Shown piece by piece: positions 27,294-39,491 of a DNA stretch of 64,000 bases; position 1 is the first letter of the stretch, and every line of letters starts with the position of its first letter. Location of the stretch: NCBI GenBank assembly GCA_964016885.1, contig OZ024745.1, positions 37,572,001-37,636,000 of the forward strand. The letters run 5' to 3'. The notes under the pieces are model-generated. The model saw only the letters and a program-made list of their open reading frames with translations. It had not been told where the DNA came from and did not search any database. Origin of the DNA: Eledone cirrhosa (Eukaryota). A program made the translations under genes and the position numbers.

Positions 27294-27724
27294 TATACTA
27301 TCCTACTACCTAGCTACCTGTCTATTTGCCTGTATATTACGATATTTACCAACGTGAAGATGTCAAGTTCTTGACAAGACCAAAGATTTGTCTTTACCTA
27401 TGTTAAGTCGGTTCGTTAATCAGCCAATCCCACCCAGACCATGTTAACTAGGGACCTCTCATCTTCATGTAGTTTACAACCACATACCACATTTATATTT
27501 AGCGCATCCTGCTCAACAGATCATGTATTCACATCAGGCTTCAGTGTAATGTAAACGTGGTCGACCCCGCCTACGCTATAAATGCGCCATAAAGAGATAT
27601 CTGAAAAAAAACGAGATATAAACTTTAATGACTGAAACCGTCAAAGGAATGCCTGGAGGGTGGCGGTTAATTATCTATGAAAGTAGTGATAATCGCTAAC
27701 GATCGACAGCGTATTCAAACATAC

Positions 27725-27933
<209 letters not shown>

Positions 27934-27952
27934 CAGTATACACACATTATAT

Positions 27953-28127
27953 ATTGGCAGTATCGGTAGAGGGTCGGACGCTATGCTTTGCTGCATAGTT
28001 ACGTCCCTTTACGGACTGAGTTCAAATCCGGCCGAGGTTAACTTCGCCTTTCATCCTTATGGGGTCGATAAAATAAAGTACCAGTAATACACTGGGTAAT
28101 CGGTGGCCTTGTGCCAAAAGTAGAAAC

Positions 28128-28131
<4 letters not shown>
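27953..28131 (+). mobile_element. tRNA-derived SINE (Meta-like core family); many further copies in the window
   Basis: B-box GAGTTCAAATCC and core GCCTTTCATCCTTATGGGGTCGATAAAATAAAGTACCAG; relatives near 17800, 22100, 22820, 34950, 36000, 44260, 45650, 45950, 48050, 48430, 51850, 52900, 61300, 61460, 63200. Confidence 0.85.
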
Positions 28132-28166
<35 letters not shown>

Positions 28167-28829
28167 CACGTGTGTGTGTGTGTGAGTATGCGTCTGTATG
28201 TGTGTCCGTTTGTGTCTGCACACACGCGCAAGCACAAATACATATATATGTATAAAGGAAAGAAAGTGAGGAAGTAAGGAAGACATAAAAGAATATGTTT
28301 AGATGCAATGATAAAAATATAAATGGAATTAATGAACGAACGAATATAAAAAAAGATGGTCTACTGAAACAAATGGTTCTGTTCTTGATTATATTGAAAT
28401 ATTGAACTGATCTGTTGGGGACATATAGTGGTAAGAAACGAGGCTGGTAAATGTAGACTTCATTGTTGGTATACTACTCCTTCTCCCCCTTCTTCTGGTA
28501 CTCCCTGCCATTGCCACCATAAGGAAGCAGTTTTGTCACAAAGCATGATGTCTCTCGTCAATTCATCAGCACCTGCAAACGAAAAGGGAAAGGAAAACAT
28601 TTGTAATAAATAAATAAAATAAATAAATAAATAAAATGAAATGCGAGGGAGTCGAATGATGCCAACCTAATAATACACGTAAATTGATTCTTGTTTTCCC
28701 GCCCATTCCAAATAGATGGTGTTTCGGTTAGTTCGGATTGTATGTTTCCATGAAGATTGAAAAAGACCAAAGCAATCAATGCAAGCCACCCACTTTGTTA
28801 TAATAAATTTCAATATCACCGAGAAATGT

Positions 28830-29950
28830 GCTGTAATTGTTTCACTAAGTTATTACATTTCTGTGAAATGTTATATTTTGAGACATTATAAACACTAATT
28901 TCTGACAGGGGAAGAGAAAATCTGAGGCCACTGAGGAGCGCCTATGTTAGTGTTTAGTGAGTCTGTTCTCTATAATATAATCACTAATAAACACTCATTT
29001 CTAACAGGGAAGGGAGAGGGCTCCACTGAGAGATGGGGCATTGATATCGTTACCGATTAGTGAATATGTTGTAAACTTTATGAATACCAATTTAATGTTA
29101 GAAAGAGAGAAAACGGGTTCACTCATTAGAGAATGTGTCCGAAGCATTATAATCAATAATTTAAGACTAAGAGAGAAACTCTCACTAATGTCAACTATAT
29201 CATTGATTAGTTAAAGTGTTCTAGACATTCGAAAACACTAATTTATGACAGAAGAAAAAAATGACAGCCTCGCCAAAGAGCTTACTACATTACTGTTTTG
29301 TGGTTGAGTTCTCCATATCATAAATAGTATTTCATAAGAGAGAAGAGAGAGACCAATGGAGAGCGACGAAGTTACTCTTTAGTAAAAGTCTTCTACACAA
29401 TATGATCGCTAACACGAAATGTGGCCAACTAATGGGTAACCATGTTGCTGATTAGTAAATGCGTTTCGAATAATTAAAACATTAAGACAAGTGGAGAAAC
29501 AGATCCACTGAGCGTTGAATACGTTAGATATTTGTAAATACATTCTAGGTACGGTATTATAAACACAAAAGTCTGGAGGAGAGTGACACATCCACTAACC
29601 GGTGACTCCATTGCTAATTACTAAATGTGTTTTAGATATTATATACACTAATTTGTGAGAGAGCAGAGAAAACTTACCCACTAGGTTAATGGGGGTGGTA
29701 ATCACGTTATGCATAGATAAACATGCGTCAGACTAGTTATGCATAACCTTATTGTAGCGGAAACACAGAATTCATGAACCAACAAATTTAAATTTAATTT
29801 CTAATTGCATTATGCAACACAGTAGGATATAAAACCACAATGGACCAGTCACCCGTTGATATCAACCACGGGTGGCTCACCTGATTCACGCTGTGCATTA
29901 CTAATCTGGACATTATAAACACAAGTTTAAGAGAAAGAAGAAAAACTGGC
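28830..29950. repeat. Old diverged tandem repeat, unit about 80-100 bp
   Basis: Motif ACATTATAAACACTAATTT..GAGAGAAAA..CCACT recurs in degenerate form at about 28881, 28985, 29075, 29144, 29223, 29640 and 29908. Confidence 0.55.
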
Positions 29951-30277
29951 CCGTGGTCGGGACATTATTGATTAGATTTTAGACATGTCTCAGCAGTTAA
30001 TACGATTAGCCGGTCGATATAGATGTCTTTTTAGTTAAAACAAAATTTGAATTAATCGTTTCACAAATACCGAGAGTGATTAAGTTAGATGTCACGTGTT
30101 GTTATAACTAATCCAAATTTTGCTCCGTCTGTTTTTACTACCTAGGTGTTTTTTTATCTGCTTCCTTCTATATTTTCCACTCTTTGTCTATTCCCGTCAT
30201 CAACCCCACTACCCCAAGTATCGAGTACTCTGGTGGGTTATGGTCCACCTTGTGTTTTTTTTATCACACCCTATCTG

Positions 30278-30332
<55 letters not shown>

Positions 30333-30789
30333 TATATATATATATATATATATGCCAGAGGGGAACGCCTGAATGCTCCTCTTCTCCTCGAATCTGCTCT
30401 ACCCACCGTACCCCACACCCACATCCTATCCGCGTGAATAGAGACACATATGCACCATCCCTGCACAACTTGAAAATACTCATACACATACACAAAGTAA
30501 AATAAGATACAACACACACATACACACACAAAGTAAAACAAGAGACAACACACACTCATATGTCCTTCTTTTTTATCCTCATCTCTCTATATTCTTATAT
30601 TTGTATTACTTCTACTGTCTGAACCTTATCATTGTATTCCTGACGTCCGATACGTTAAACCTTTTTTCCTTTATCAAGCGAGAATCTAATACGAATATTG
30701 TTTTTGTATCACTGTGTCACTGTGTTTGTCCTTTCTTAATCTATATACAAACATCCACACACAAACATATGATAATAATGTCAGAGTTG

Positions 30790-30960
30790 ACATTGCACTC
30801 AGTAGCCTTGTGGGAGCCCCTACACGGACACAGTGGAAGAGAGAGACCGAGGATAGCATATGTTGATGCCTTAACAGACACTGGTCTCTGGGAGACACGG
30901 GATATAGCGGCGATGATGAAAGACAGAGACCGCTGGAGAGAACTCGTCCATGGATCTCAG
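30790..30960 (+). mobile_element. RTE-like LINE 3' fragment
   Basis: LWEPLHGHSGRERPRIAYVDALTDTGL..MKDRDRWRELV matches the RTE-type C-terminus. Confidence 0.65.
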
Positions 30961-30972
30961 GAATTTTACCCC

Positions 30973-31016
<44 letters not shown>

Positions 31017-31367
31017 ATAAATTATCGAGATTCGCATTTCGGCCCACGAAATAACGAAAAACAACCTCCGAGATGTGCGGCAAGTGCTCAATGATTCAGA
31101 TGAACAAACGTTAAAGGCCAAACACACTGAGACGATGGTTAAACGATCAAGTAATTCGGGTATTGAAAATTTACCCGGACCCCTGGAAGGTTGGTAAAAT
31201 CCAGTATATGGGTTTCTGCGGCTCCTAAATCAAGTACCGTCCGCTTACATAAATAATGTCAGGCTTCTGGTAAGATGATTGAACAAGGAAGCCACTTTCT
31301 CAACAGGTTTTAGTTCAATGTTAATACAAGGACTGACTGACTATTGCTATATATATATATATATAGG

Positions 31368-31700
31368 GAGGGAATGAATTCTGTGAGAGAACATAGTTTT
31401 TTTTTTTCCCTCATATCAAGAATTTGAAGACAATTCATTTTCACCTGATGAGATCAGTGATAATCGATCATGGCTTCACAATCGATCTATCTCTTATTGA
31501 AACATGTGTCGTGATTAAATGATTGGAATTTTACCTTCCCTTCGGATTTTCATTTTGATACTTATACTCCGTTTTACATCATCTAGCTGTTCCCTTGAAT
31601 GGAATTAGAGATATACAAAAGCGTGGAGAACTTAATACTGCTAACATAAAGTTATTGGACCATTTTACACAACCAATAATGCACCTTACTATATAACAAC
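31368..31700 (+). mobile_element. HHR-bearing family C monomer
   Basis: Matches 11957-12440; bracketed by the direct repeat CTATATA..TAGGGAGGG (about 31348-31372 and 31700-31721). Confidence 0.8.
31441..31514 (+). ncRNA. Type I hammerhead ribozyme with extended stem II (family C)
   Basis: TCAC-CTGATGA-[47-nt hairpin including GATAATCGAT/ATCGATCTATC]-GAAAC ATGT GT-C-GTGA; predicted cut after C31510. Confidence 0.78.
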
Positions 31701-31719
31701 TATATATATATATAGGGAG

Positions 31720-31811
<92 letters not shown>

Positions 31812-32129
31812 TGAAGAGAGAGAAAGAGAAAGAGAGAGAGAGTGGGGGGGGGGGGGGGAGAACGTGAGAGAGAGATGGAGAGGCCGGTATTATTGATGTG
31901 CCCTTTCTTCTTTAAGTTAATATGGTAAAATTTGACTGCTATTTCTACAATATCAAACGACAGCGTATATATTCTTTCGTTATTTCTTCAGTATAATTTC
32001 GACTTCGATAAACACCAGTATGTAATTATTACAGATATCCGTAACCCTTACGTTCAAACTGACAAATCCGACAGTTCGAAGGTGACAAGCAGGATATTAC
32101 AACTTCCTGTGGTTCATGTAATGTAACCG

Positions 32130-32540
32130 TGGACGCAGCATGGTCAACTGGTTATGAGGTGCGAGGATGCATCATGGCCAAAAGTTTTAGTCGTTCGTGA
32201 ACGCATCATGACTGAAAGGTTAAGAAGTTTGCCTCGCAGCCATTAAGTCGAGTTCGAACACTTTGCTGGCGCCTTATCATGCTGGGCAAGTATAATTTGC
32301 TATGGCTTCAGGTCGACTCATGCCTTGTGAGTGACATTTGGTAGAAGGATGAACAGCATCTGCAATTGAGGATATAGTATGATAATATGGTTAGGAAATT
32401 CGTAACCAATAGGTCCTGTGTTCGATCCCACAGCACGGCGTCTTCGCCAGGTGTCATTTATCATGGCCTGATGTCGACCCATGCAAGCCTTGCGAGTAAA
32501 ATTGGGTGAACAGAAACTGGATGGAAACCCCACGGATAGA
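32130..32540 (+). mobile_element. Tandem decayed tRNA-derived SINEs (third family)
   Basis: Repeated ..GGTTAAGAAGTTTGC..GTTCG..GCCTTGTGAGTG.ATTTGGT.GA..GAAACTG blocks; inverse relative near 44530-44670. Confidence 0.6.
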
Positions 32541-33565
32541 TTATGCCTATAATTGGGAACGCAGTATATACGATATTCGAATACTTAAGAAGTTTTATAA
32601 GAAATTGTCCTTCATGAACTACGACGAAATAAGCAAGCTATAGTCTACTATAGCTCATACGAAACGCAAGGAGATGATCTATGCTGCTAGTGCAAAAAAT
32701 ATCTTATTCAGTTCAACACTTTTTTCCTAATATACTATAAATACTATTTGGAAATTATTGGTGGTGAGGAGCTGTATGTGAACCCTGCTGTGCGAACAAT
32801 AATAGATTCTTTTATATCCGGTGAGAATTTCTGTAACATGGTTGAGGTGTTGGCTCTCTTCACACTGCCTTCCAAATTTATCGACCTGCGTCACTTAAAA
32901 ATAAATGCTGAAGGAATATACTTCAGAATGAATGAGAGAAGCTGAAATAAAAAAGAAACGAAAAGAAATCAGAAAGGTGGGTGGTCAAAGCGAATATCAG
33001 CTGCTATCACGAAGAGAACGTGAAGCTACACGAGACAGATGTTGATAGAAAGAACTACAGGAATCGCAAGACAAGCTTTTATATGGGAACTACAAGAAAG
33101 TTGAGAGGCCACCGACGCGAGATGCTAAAAAGAATTCAACTCTGAGGGACAAAGGGTGTGGGAATGAAGTCGATTGAGGTTCGACACAGAGAGACTAAGG
33201 ACAGAAGCAGATGGCGAAAGACAATACAAGCCTTGTGTGTTGGCTGACAGCTCTGGAGGGATGTATGTAATATGTAAGCTGTAGGATAGTACAACTGCTT
33301 TAAAACAATGTGTGTGTGTTTATTTAGTCAAATATATATATATCTAAATATATACTTAAATTGATATTTATACGAAAGATAACCGATCTCTCTTTGCATT
33401 TAAAATATATTTATAATACCACATTTCCTCTCAGATGTAAGGTAACATTTAAAAGTAAACACATACATTTGCAAGTACGCTCACGAACATACACATACAA
33501 ATGAACAATATATGTTTTTATGTGTGTGTATGTATACATACATTCATACACACCCACACACCCAC

Positions 33566-33599
<34 letters not shown>

Positions 33600-33618
33600 C
33601 AGAGAGAGAGAGAGAGAG

Positions 33619-33734
33619 ATGTAAAATCCCGAACGCGGCGCCAAGCGGTTTCGGCTTCTGCTTTTTAGCCTTTGGAAAAGGCTTGCTGAACGCACAAGCG
33701 GAAACGGCTTGACGCCGCGATCGGGACTTTACAT
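33619..33734. other. GC-rich 116-bp imperfect palindrome (fold-back hairpin)
   Basis: Left arm ATGTAAAATCCCGAACGCGGCGCCAAGCGGTTTCGGCTTCTGC pairs with the right arm except at single positions about 8, 15, 23, 29, 35 and 40. Confidence 0.8.
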
Positions 33735-33811
33735 ATCTCTATACCCACTCTACATCTCTCCATGTATTGAGTACTCACATGATTAGTTGCCTCCTCGGTT
33801 TCAGCACCGCT

Positions 33812-33842
<31 letters not shown>

Positions 33843-33847
<5 letters not shown>

Positions 33848-34660
33848 GCGGACTGGGCAGGTTGCCCAATGTCAATCACAGAGAGAGAGAGGGGGGTGGG
33901 GGTGGGGGGAGAAATGCGGTGCAACAGAAATGAAACATGGATTACAGGTTAAAATAGTCTAGATAGCTATGAAACAAAACGAGGGTGCAGTTTATGGATC
34001 ACCCAAATGATTTAGAAGTCGAACTTAAGTAGGAGCAATAACATTAAGAACGACCCCACAACACTTTGTTTTGGAAATTTTGAAAGTAGGTTTATTAGTA
34101 TGAATTTTCACTAGATTTTCGTGTTTGTCTCTGCGGCCTAGCGGTAGGTACTAGAGCCGGTGGAGGTCTCAGCCTTGGGTTCAATCCTGGTCAAGAGTAC
34201 CCGTAGCATTTCCTAGTTTTTATTTTACAACCAATAGAAAAAAAACTGAAAAGGTTTACTAAGAACCCTACTCCCGGCCAGGATCGAACTTCATACCCGG
34301 CTCACCACCATCTATGATTACTCCAAGACAGCTGCAAATGTCTAATGAAAATTGATAATTATAAACCTACTTTCAAAATCAAAGTTAAAAAGATGTGGTG
34401 TCATTCATGGCTTTCCTAGAGCTATTAGTAATACTTAGGGTCATTATTGAAAGTCTCTGGATTTCGCAAAATGCATAATATTTTTATTGGAGAAGGTAAG
34501 ATATTTTTCCACAAAAATTTGATTGCACCGTTTTGGTTCCTCTTATGTATTTTTTGAAAATGTTATTTATTCATTATAAAAATTAAATGATATAATTCTA
34601 TATGTAGGTGGGCTCCTTCATCTCCTGGCAACCAATAGTTTTAGACCCGGTCCGCCACTG
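33843..34660. mobile_element. hAT-like MITE
   Basis: TIRs TAGTGGCGGACTGGG / CCCGGTCCGCCACTG; flanks TATATATA / AATATATA compatible with an 8-bp target duplication. Confidence 0.72.
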
Positions 34661-36368
34661 AATATATATATAAATAACTGGTGGGTCTCACGTTTTCAAT
34701 TACGTTAATGGTATAAGTGTCTGTGGAATGCTCAGTCACTTCCATGATAAATTTATGAGCAGGTGTTCCGTTGTTCAACAACTAGAACGCGCGTTGTTAG
34801 AATCGACGGAAGTCCCAAAACTCTAGATACTATTAATTCTATGCGGTTTTATGTGACTAAACCAAGATCTCATGCCTGCTCGAAATTTTTTTTTCTTACC
34901 AGGATGTTTATATAACATTCATTCTCTGCCAACAAAGTATATTCTTTGCGCTCTAAGTTCAAATACCGCCGAGGTTAACATTGTATTTTATCCTATTGGT
35001 GTCGATAAAATAAGGTTCCAGAATACAGTGAAAGTTTGGTGAAACTATAGGAGTCTACTTATGTGGGTAGACTTGCTTCCATCATCCGGTTTAACACCGC
35101 TCCCTGGTCTTTCGGGGTGCTTTTAGCAAAATCCATTCTATTGCAAGCAATCAAACCAGGTCTACTCTTATTATCCCCTCTCTCTCTCTGTCCCTCTTAC
35201 CATTCTAGGGAACATTGAAAGTAGCCATGAGCACTGGCCTTGCCGTCCCTTAACAAAACAGTAAAACACTTTTAATGTTTCTCTCCACAAGCCATCTGGT
35301 ATGCTCAATGTAAGAAAAAATTGAAATTTTAATGGGAAAAATTTTTATCAGAGGATGGAATCGTTTATTCTTCTTTCTAAATCCAAAATTAGCAAAAGGA
35401 AATTGTGAAAAATGGTAGGGAGCAAAACTTGACACTTTACAGCATCCAGATTTATGTAAACGGATCCTAAAAGACATTCAGTTAATTAATATTCCGTCAC
35501 GGTTCACTGACGACCAGTTCATTCTTGAAACACAATCAGAACTTAATATGTTACTGGCGAAGTACATCGTTTACTTATGGTCCTCATACTTATCACACTG
35601 TTTTTCTTTTTTTCTTTCCTTTATTTCTCGCTCCTCTTTCTCTCTTTCTCTGTCTCTGTGTTTTTCGCTCTCTCTATCCTTCTGTCTGCCTAAATCTATT
35701 TTCACTTTTTACTAAAATGACACAGTGGCAGAGAGGGGAGAGGAGATAGATAGATAGATAGATAGAAAGTGTGTGTGGGGGGGGGGGGGGAGAAAGTGAG
35801 AATAGAGCAATGGATTAGTTATCAAGATGCCATATATTTTGAGTTCAAATCGTTCCTGGTTTTGCTTTGCTGGGTCTTTTATTTATTTATTTGTTTATTT
35901 GTTTATGTATTCAGTCATTCATTTATGTATTGTTAATACTATTATTTTATTTATTTATTTATTCTTCATTTATCATCATCGCAATGTCGATTTACGTTCT
36001 GAGTTTAAATCCTGTCGTGAACATTCACTTTTATATTTGCTTTTTATAGGCTTTTTATTTGCTATTATATTTGCTATTATATTTGCTTTTATGTCTGCTG
36101 TACATCATTCCCAGGTCGATTAAATAAAAATACCAATAAAATAATAGGTTTGTTAATATAATCGACTATACTCCTTCTCTGAGGCCAATTTTACGCCTTA
36201 TGCTTTTGTTAGAAATCACCATGAGTTGTCATTAAATGTGATGTAGTTTAATAGTTGATATATTATATACCAGTTATATACTGTATCAATTTATTTTGAC
36301 TATATCCCCTAGGCTACAATTTAATGACTCTGCGGCACTTTCTGAAATCAATATAAATGTACACACAT

Positions 36369-36407
<39 letters not shown>

Positions 36408-36717
36408 CAGTCCCCCCCCCCCCCCCCCCCATCCCGGTATTCATAGAGCACCCGCGAAGAGTTAAACACTGCGAATATTGGCCGTGGTCCATAAAAATGC
36501 CTATAAACGTCAAAACATAAATGAAATATAGGCCGGCAAATACAGTATATTGGTATTAATAATTTAGCGTTAAAAAGCGTGAAAAAATATGTATTGCCAC
36601 GAAAAAAGCCATAAAAAGTCGATGAAAATATTTACGATTCCGCGAATATGTTTGGTTTCCACGAACAATTATTAGTTATGTTCTGAGGTAAATTCCGCGT
36701 ATGCCGGTGGTACACTG
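36408..36717 (-). mobile_element. pogo/Tigger-like MITE, second copy
   Basis: TA|CAGT...ACTG|TA ends; interior is the inverse of 23877-24233. Confidence 0.75.
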
Positions 36718-36724
36718 TATATAT

Positions 36725-36764
<40 letters not shown>

Positions 36765-38001
36765 CAAATAACCCTTGGTAGCACTCTGAGTACAGATTTG
36801 CACGATTAATACGTTTAAATCTTGTCTCATTGAGTTTGTAGTGAGAGCAACGGTATAATATTGAATATTTCCCCTATGGCCATCTTTTAACTATATATAT
36901 ATATTTCTAATTCTTCATTTTAATTTGTATATCACATTTGTAACAACACAGCACGCCATCTTTCATTCCTATATGCTTTCCCCTTCGCTGTGACCTGTCT
37001 TTTTCTCTTCCTTTACTGCTATCCTCTTTCTCTCTCCTTCTCCATCTGCTAGTAACCCTCTCTCGGCTAGCCTCTTCCTCACACTTTCACTCACTCACTC
37101 TCTGCTACTCACCCTCTCTCTCACTTCCTCCATCGTTCCACACCGTGCGAAATTCTTTCTTCGCTTACTTTCGCACGGTTAAGATGTGTATTTCGTCTTC
37201 TCGTCAATATTCGCAAGTTCTTAAGTTCAAATGAATCATTGACTTGATTTTCTCATTTTTTCCTCTCTTTACGTTGCCGCACCTGTCTCTCTTTCTCCAC
37301 CCAATTCTTTTTATCCCAATAACTTATTTTAGTTATTGTTCACGCTAGCCTGAGGTATCTGATCTTTAATGCGAAGAAATACCTATGATAGCTAGTAGAC
37401 CACTGATGATGGATAGTCCTGGCTTCTATTTCTACTTCTTCATTTTAATTTATATATATATATATATATATACAAATATAAATTTAGTGAGAATCGCATT
37501 TCGGCGGGTAGAAATTAGCGAAACGCAACTTCCGAATTGTGTTGACAAGCGCTCAATGGATATGAAGATACCAGAGCTATAAGCATAAGTTAAAAAGGTC
37601 ATACAAAACTGAGACGATGGTTAAGAAGCCATTAACCACATATATATATATAATGTAGAAAGGTAACACACGAGTTGATATATATAAAAACAAATAGTAG
37701 AAAGGAAAAAGATTTTTTCAGTAAAAATTGTTGAAGAGGTTTTTTTAGTGAAATTTGAAAACATCTGCTAGTGGCTTGCAGATAAAGATGGACAGAGGAA
37801 TTGACTTTCTTCTCTGAAGGAACTTGTATGTGAAAATTAATTTTTCTTGTCCTCTCTCTATATATATATATATATTTTTTGTTATTATCATTATTTTCAC
37901 TATTTGTACAAATATGCAACTTAACAATATTCTGCATATCCGCAATTGACAATGTATTTAATGCTGAAACCGGTATTGTAAATAAATTAATGTTTTGAAA
38001 T

Positions 38002-38079
<78 letters not shown>

Positions 38080-38487
38080 CTGTGTTTCATGGCTGAGAGA
38101 AAAGAGTACTCAATACCGAAGTAGAAATTTAATATTCATTTTATTAAGGGTAAATAGTGAGTCTTGTTACTCTGGAGTTCCGCCTGCTTATCACCAGTTC
38201 TTCAGACGCGCAATCTGATATAGTGAAGCATCGTTGCCTGACTCTTGCCGACCATATCACTCGGCACAACGAACCTGGTGGTAAATTGTTCTTCTGGACT
38301 CCGTGTACAAAATGACGGGTTGGTCGGCCGTATATCACCTTGAAATGAATCATCGAGATGGACACAAGCTTTAAAGGAACGACCGAGGTCTCTGGAGCTC
38401 GAACTTCTTTAATGCTTAACTACCACTTCAAGGCGGCAGATGACCCATGAATATGTGTATATATATATGTATATATATATATACATA

Positions 38488-38585
<98 letters not shown>

Positions 38586-38588
38586 GGC

Positions 38589-39252
38589 ACGAGGTTTGAC
38601 CCCGTAGTAAGGCTAGTGATGTTATATTAAAATGTATATTAGACGCACATGAAATTACAAGTTATCTCTTAAAATACAACCACAGGGAAGGCATACTGTG
38701 GTTCCAACGTTTTTACATTGATCAGAGCAGTACCAAAAGTAATTTTCTGTGAGTGTTCTTAGTTCGTCGGTTGCAATATTTTGTATGTTTTCAAACACTA
38801 CAACATTTAATCGTCAATCTTTCGCCATCACCACTCGTGCCATTTCCACATATTGTTCATTTGTTGACAAGATTGACCTTCCAGAACGAAGTTCGTCTTC
38901 AACATTTTCTCGGCCATCTTTGAAAGCTATGTGCCACTTAAAAACCTTACTTCTCGATATAGTAGTGTCTCCATAAGCTTCTGTTAAAGAAATAAATGTC
39001 TTTGTGGTCCTTCAGACACAACTTGATCGGTACCTCTGTTTGATAATTTACTGCATCGCAAACGTAACGGAGGTTATAAACACGTTTGTACATAAACAGC
39101 AAAAGCTCACGACTGCCTCAATCGATCATATAGAAACAAGTATATACGTGCAGCGTTGGCCATGTCCAACAAGGCAATATCCATCAGCTAGGTGCTGCGT
39201 TACCATGTCGTATATAGAAAAATCAGTACACTCACTTTAGGACAAACATCGT
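38589..39252 (-). mobile_element. Internally deleted mariner element
   Basis: TIRs ACGAGGTTTGACC / GGACAAACATCGT; minus-strand LTEAYGDTTISRSKVFKWHIAFKDGRENVEDELRSGR (HTH region) joined to C-terminal ENIQNIATDELRTL..KKRWN; catalytic domain missing. Confidence 0.82.
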
Positions 39253-39276
39253 ATATGTACACGTACACACACACAT

Positions 39277-39322
<46 letters not shown>

Positions 39323-39432
39323 CGAAGTTAGTATGGAACCAAGTGGACCATAACGCACCAGAGTACTGGATACTTTGGGTAGTAGAGTGGGTAATAGCGG
39401 CTGAGCTCTGCCGTCTGGGTCCTTACCCTTTT

Positions 39433-39491
<59 letters not shown>

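Noticed and set aside
27953-28040. tRNA gene
   Set aside because: A/B boxes only, no full cloverleaf, and it continues into a multi-copy SINE core.
31020-31150. Repeat shared with 37490-37630 containing minus-strand GAAATGCGAATC
   Set aside because: No CUGANGA core or convincing stem I found; unclassified repeat.
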